DNA of 64,000 nucleotides from the IMG/VR virus record IMGVR_UViG_3300013121_000033, positions 32,001 through 96,000 of that record; one strand, given 5' to 3'. The position numbers and the translations under genes are program-made. This stretch comes from a virus. Taxonomy: Duplodnaviria; Caudoviricetes. Below the pieces are notes generated by a model, which saw only the letters and a program-made list of their open reading frames with translations, made no database searches and was not told the DNA's origin. Below are positions 62,514-64,000 of this stretch, one piece after another; positions within the stretch are counted from its first letter, which is position 1, and every line of letters begins with the position of its first letter.

Positions 62514-64000
62514 CCGACACCCTCGACGGGGCCGCAGACGACGCTGCCGACGAAGCCGAAGCCCTCGCCGCAGCGACCAGGCCATCACGCCAAGCCGTCG
62601 GCCCCCCGTGCTGGCTCCCTAACGGGAAACTGCGTATGCGGTATGTGCCGCACACGCTTAAACCGCACGCACAGCAAACCGCATTCCTAGCAACCACATG
62701 CTCTGAACTTTTCTTTGGCGGCAGCGGTGGCGGTGGCAAAAGCGCCGCCTTGCTTATGGCGGCTCTCCAATTTGCAGACGTTCCCGGTTACAACGCGCTC
62801 ATTATTCGCCGCAACTTGACCGACTTGACGATGCCGGGTGCGCTCATTTCGATGAGTCACGACTGGCTAGGCGAGCGGCCTGACTGCTCGTACAACGGCA
62901 ACGACCGCAAGTGGACGTTCCGTGGTGGCGGCACGCTCACGTTCGGGTACATGGCGCACCCGTCCCATGTGGGACGCTACCGCGGAACCGAGTACCACTT
63001 CATCGGGTGGGATGAGCTTGGTGAAATCCCGTGGGAGGACGCCTACACGTTCCTGTTCTCCCGGCGCCGCCGCCCCGGTGGACTCTCCCGAGAGGACATC
63101 ATCTCGTTGTACGGGCAGGCGCCCGACGGGACAACACTGCTCGATGTCCCGCTTCGCACAAGGGCGGCGTCGAACCCGGGCGGTCCCGGCATGGACTGGG
63201 TGAAGGCCCGGTTCGTTGAACCCCTCACTCGGCTCGCGCCGTTCATCCGGTCGTCGTACCGTGACAATCCGGGCATCATCGACGAGGAATACGAGGAATC
63301 GCTTGCGCAACTCACCGAGGTCGAGCGTCGCCGCATGGGTGACGGCGACTGGGAGGTGCAGGAGATTCCTGGCGCCGTGTGGCGGCTCAAGGACATCTAC
63401 CGCGACGACTTCCCGTACTGGCGGAAGGGTGTGCGGGTCGAACCGGAGCCGTGGGAATGGGTCGACGGCGACGGCGGTGCGTGCATGTCGCGGTTCGATA
63501 CCGTCATCGTCGGGGTCGACCCGTCCGTCGGTGAGGGCGCCGGGGACGAGTGCGGCATCGTGGCCGTGGGACGCGAGTCCAAGTCAGGGCGGGTCGTCGT
63601 GTTGGAGGACTCGTCGGTTGCGGCGCATCCCGACGTGTGGGGCAAGGAAGTCGTGTTGCTCGCCGACCGGCTCGGGGCGTCCCGGATCGTGTTGGAGAAG
63701 AACAACGGCGGCGAAGAGAACCGCATCGTGATTCGTGCCGCGGCGGACCTGTTGGAACTCCCGATGCCGACGGTGAAGTTGATCTCGGCGCAGGGGTCGA
63801 AGGCGTGGCGGGCGAACTCGGTGGTGCAGGGGTACCGGCGGCTGAGCCGACCCCATGACACTGGCGAACCAGTCGAGGCAGCGGCGACGCCGGAAGAACC
63901 GGATGACAAGCCTCCTGCGACAGCGGCGGCGGAAGCGGGGAAGGTGCCGGACCCGTTGATCGTCCACTCGTACGCGGTGCGCGGCGGCCGCCTGGAAGCG
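62510..64000 (+). CDS. terL: Terminase large subunit (3' partial; missing from the ORF track)
   Basis: Manual translation from GTG at 62510: PHAQQ..FFGGSGGGGKS (Walker A), FIGWDEL (Walker B), ASNPGG, DNP, GVDPS..DECGIV..EKNNGG nuclease motifs. Confidence 0.92.
   Translation, partial: MTDTLDGAADDAADEAEALAAATRPSRQAVGPPCWLPNGKLRMRYVPHTLKPHAQQTAFLATTCSELFFGGSGGGGKSAALLMAALQFADVPGYNALIIRRNLTDLTMPGALISMSHDWLGERPDCSYNGNDRKWTFRGGGTLTFGYMAHPSHVGRYRGTEYHFIGWDELGEIPWEDAYTFLFSRRRRPGGLSREDIISLYGQAPDGTTLLDVPLRTRAASNPGGPGMDWVKARFVEPLTRLAPFIRSSYRDNPGIIDEEYEESLAQLTEVERRRMGDGDWEVQEIPGAVWRLKDIYRDDFPYWRKGVRVEPEPWEWVDGDGGACMSRFDTVIVGVDPSVGEGAGDECGIVAVGRESKSGRVVVLEDSSVAAHPDVWGKEVVLLADRLGASRIVLEKNNGGEENRIVIRAAADLLELPMPTVKLISAQGSKAWRANSVVQGYRRLSRPHDTGEPVEAAATPEEPDDKPPATAAAEAGKVPDPLIVHSYAVRGGRLEA

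Noticed and set aside
1-64000. Integrase/att sites, tRNA, rRNA, reverse transcriptase/DGR
   Set aside because: No recognisable motifs in this window; lifestyle cannot be determined from it

Overview
High-GC (roughly 70%) tailed-phage DNA, phage or prophage, probably from an actinobacterial host (WhiB gene, many leaderless promoters). No integrase, tail, lysis, tRNA or CRISPR features are visible. Layout: (1) 1-7.6 kb, + strand early/replication genes: HTH replication initiator with internal iterons, ASCH, P-loop ATPase, HNH, many small ORFs. (2) 7.7-44.4 kb, a mostly - strand head module read right to left: portal fused to a MuF-like domain, HNH, capsid maturation protease, four giant modular proteins (about 1170-2100 aa), a major capsid protein of the mycobacteriophage cluster-B-like type, a glycosyltransferase, an inserted small-gene cassette, a second capsid-like protein, a 2H-phosphoesterase polyprotein and an HNH. 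(3) 44.6-49.9 kb, + strand SMC/SbcC-like ATPase and small ORFs. (4) 49.9-60.6 kb, - strand: four DNA methyltransferases (two with inteins, one also carrying two HNH genes overprinted in another frame), TetR-like, WhiB and VRR-NUC genes. (5) 60.8-64 kb, + strand HTH, ParB-like, small and large terminase (the latter truncated by the window edge). The main candidate system is the array of four giant proteins between protease and capsid. They share an N-terminal VTAA + GG(F/L)D(D/E)xGxWHDPxxGxFAxxG leader and carry shuffled GNAT, zincin, ADP-ribosyltransferase-like, ParB and zeta-toxin-like domains. Three are followed by small acidic genes that appear to have their own promoters. The VTAA motif recurs at domain junctions in nearly every head protein, which suggests a prohead-protease processing code. 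All product calls come from motif recognition by eye; no database search was run.
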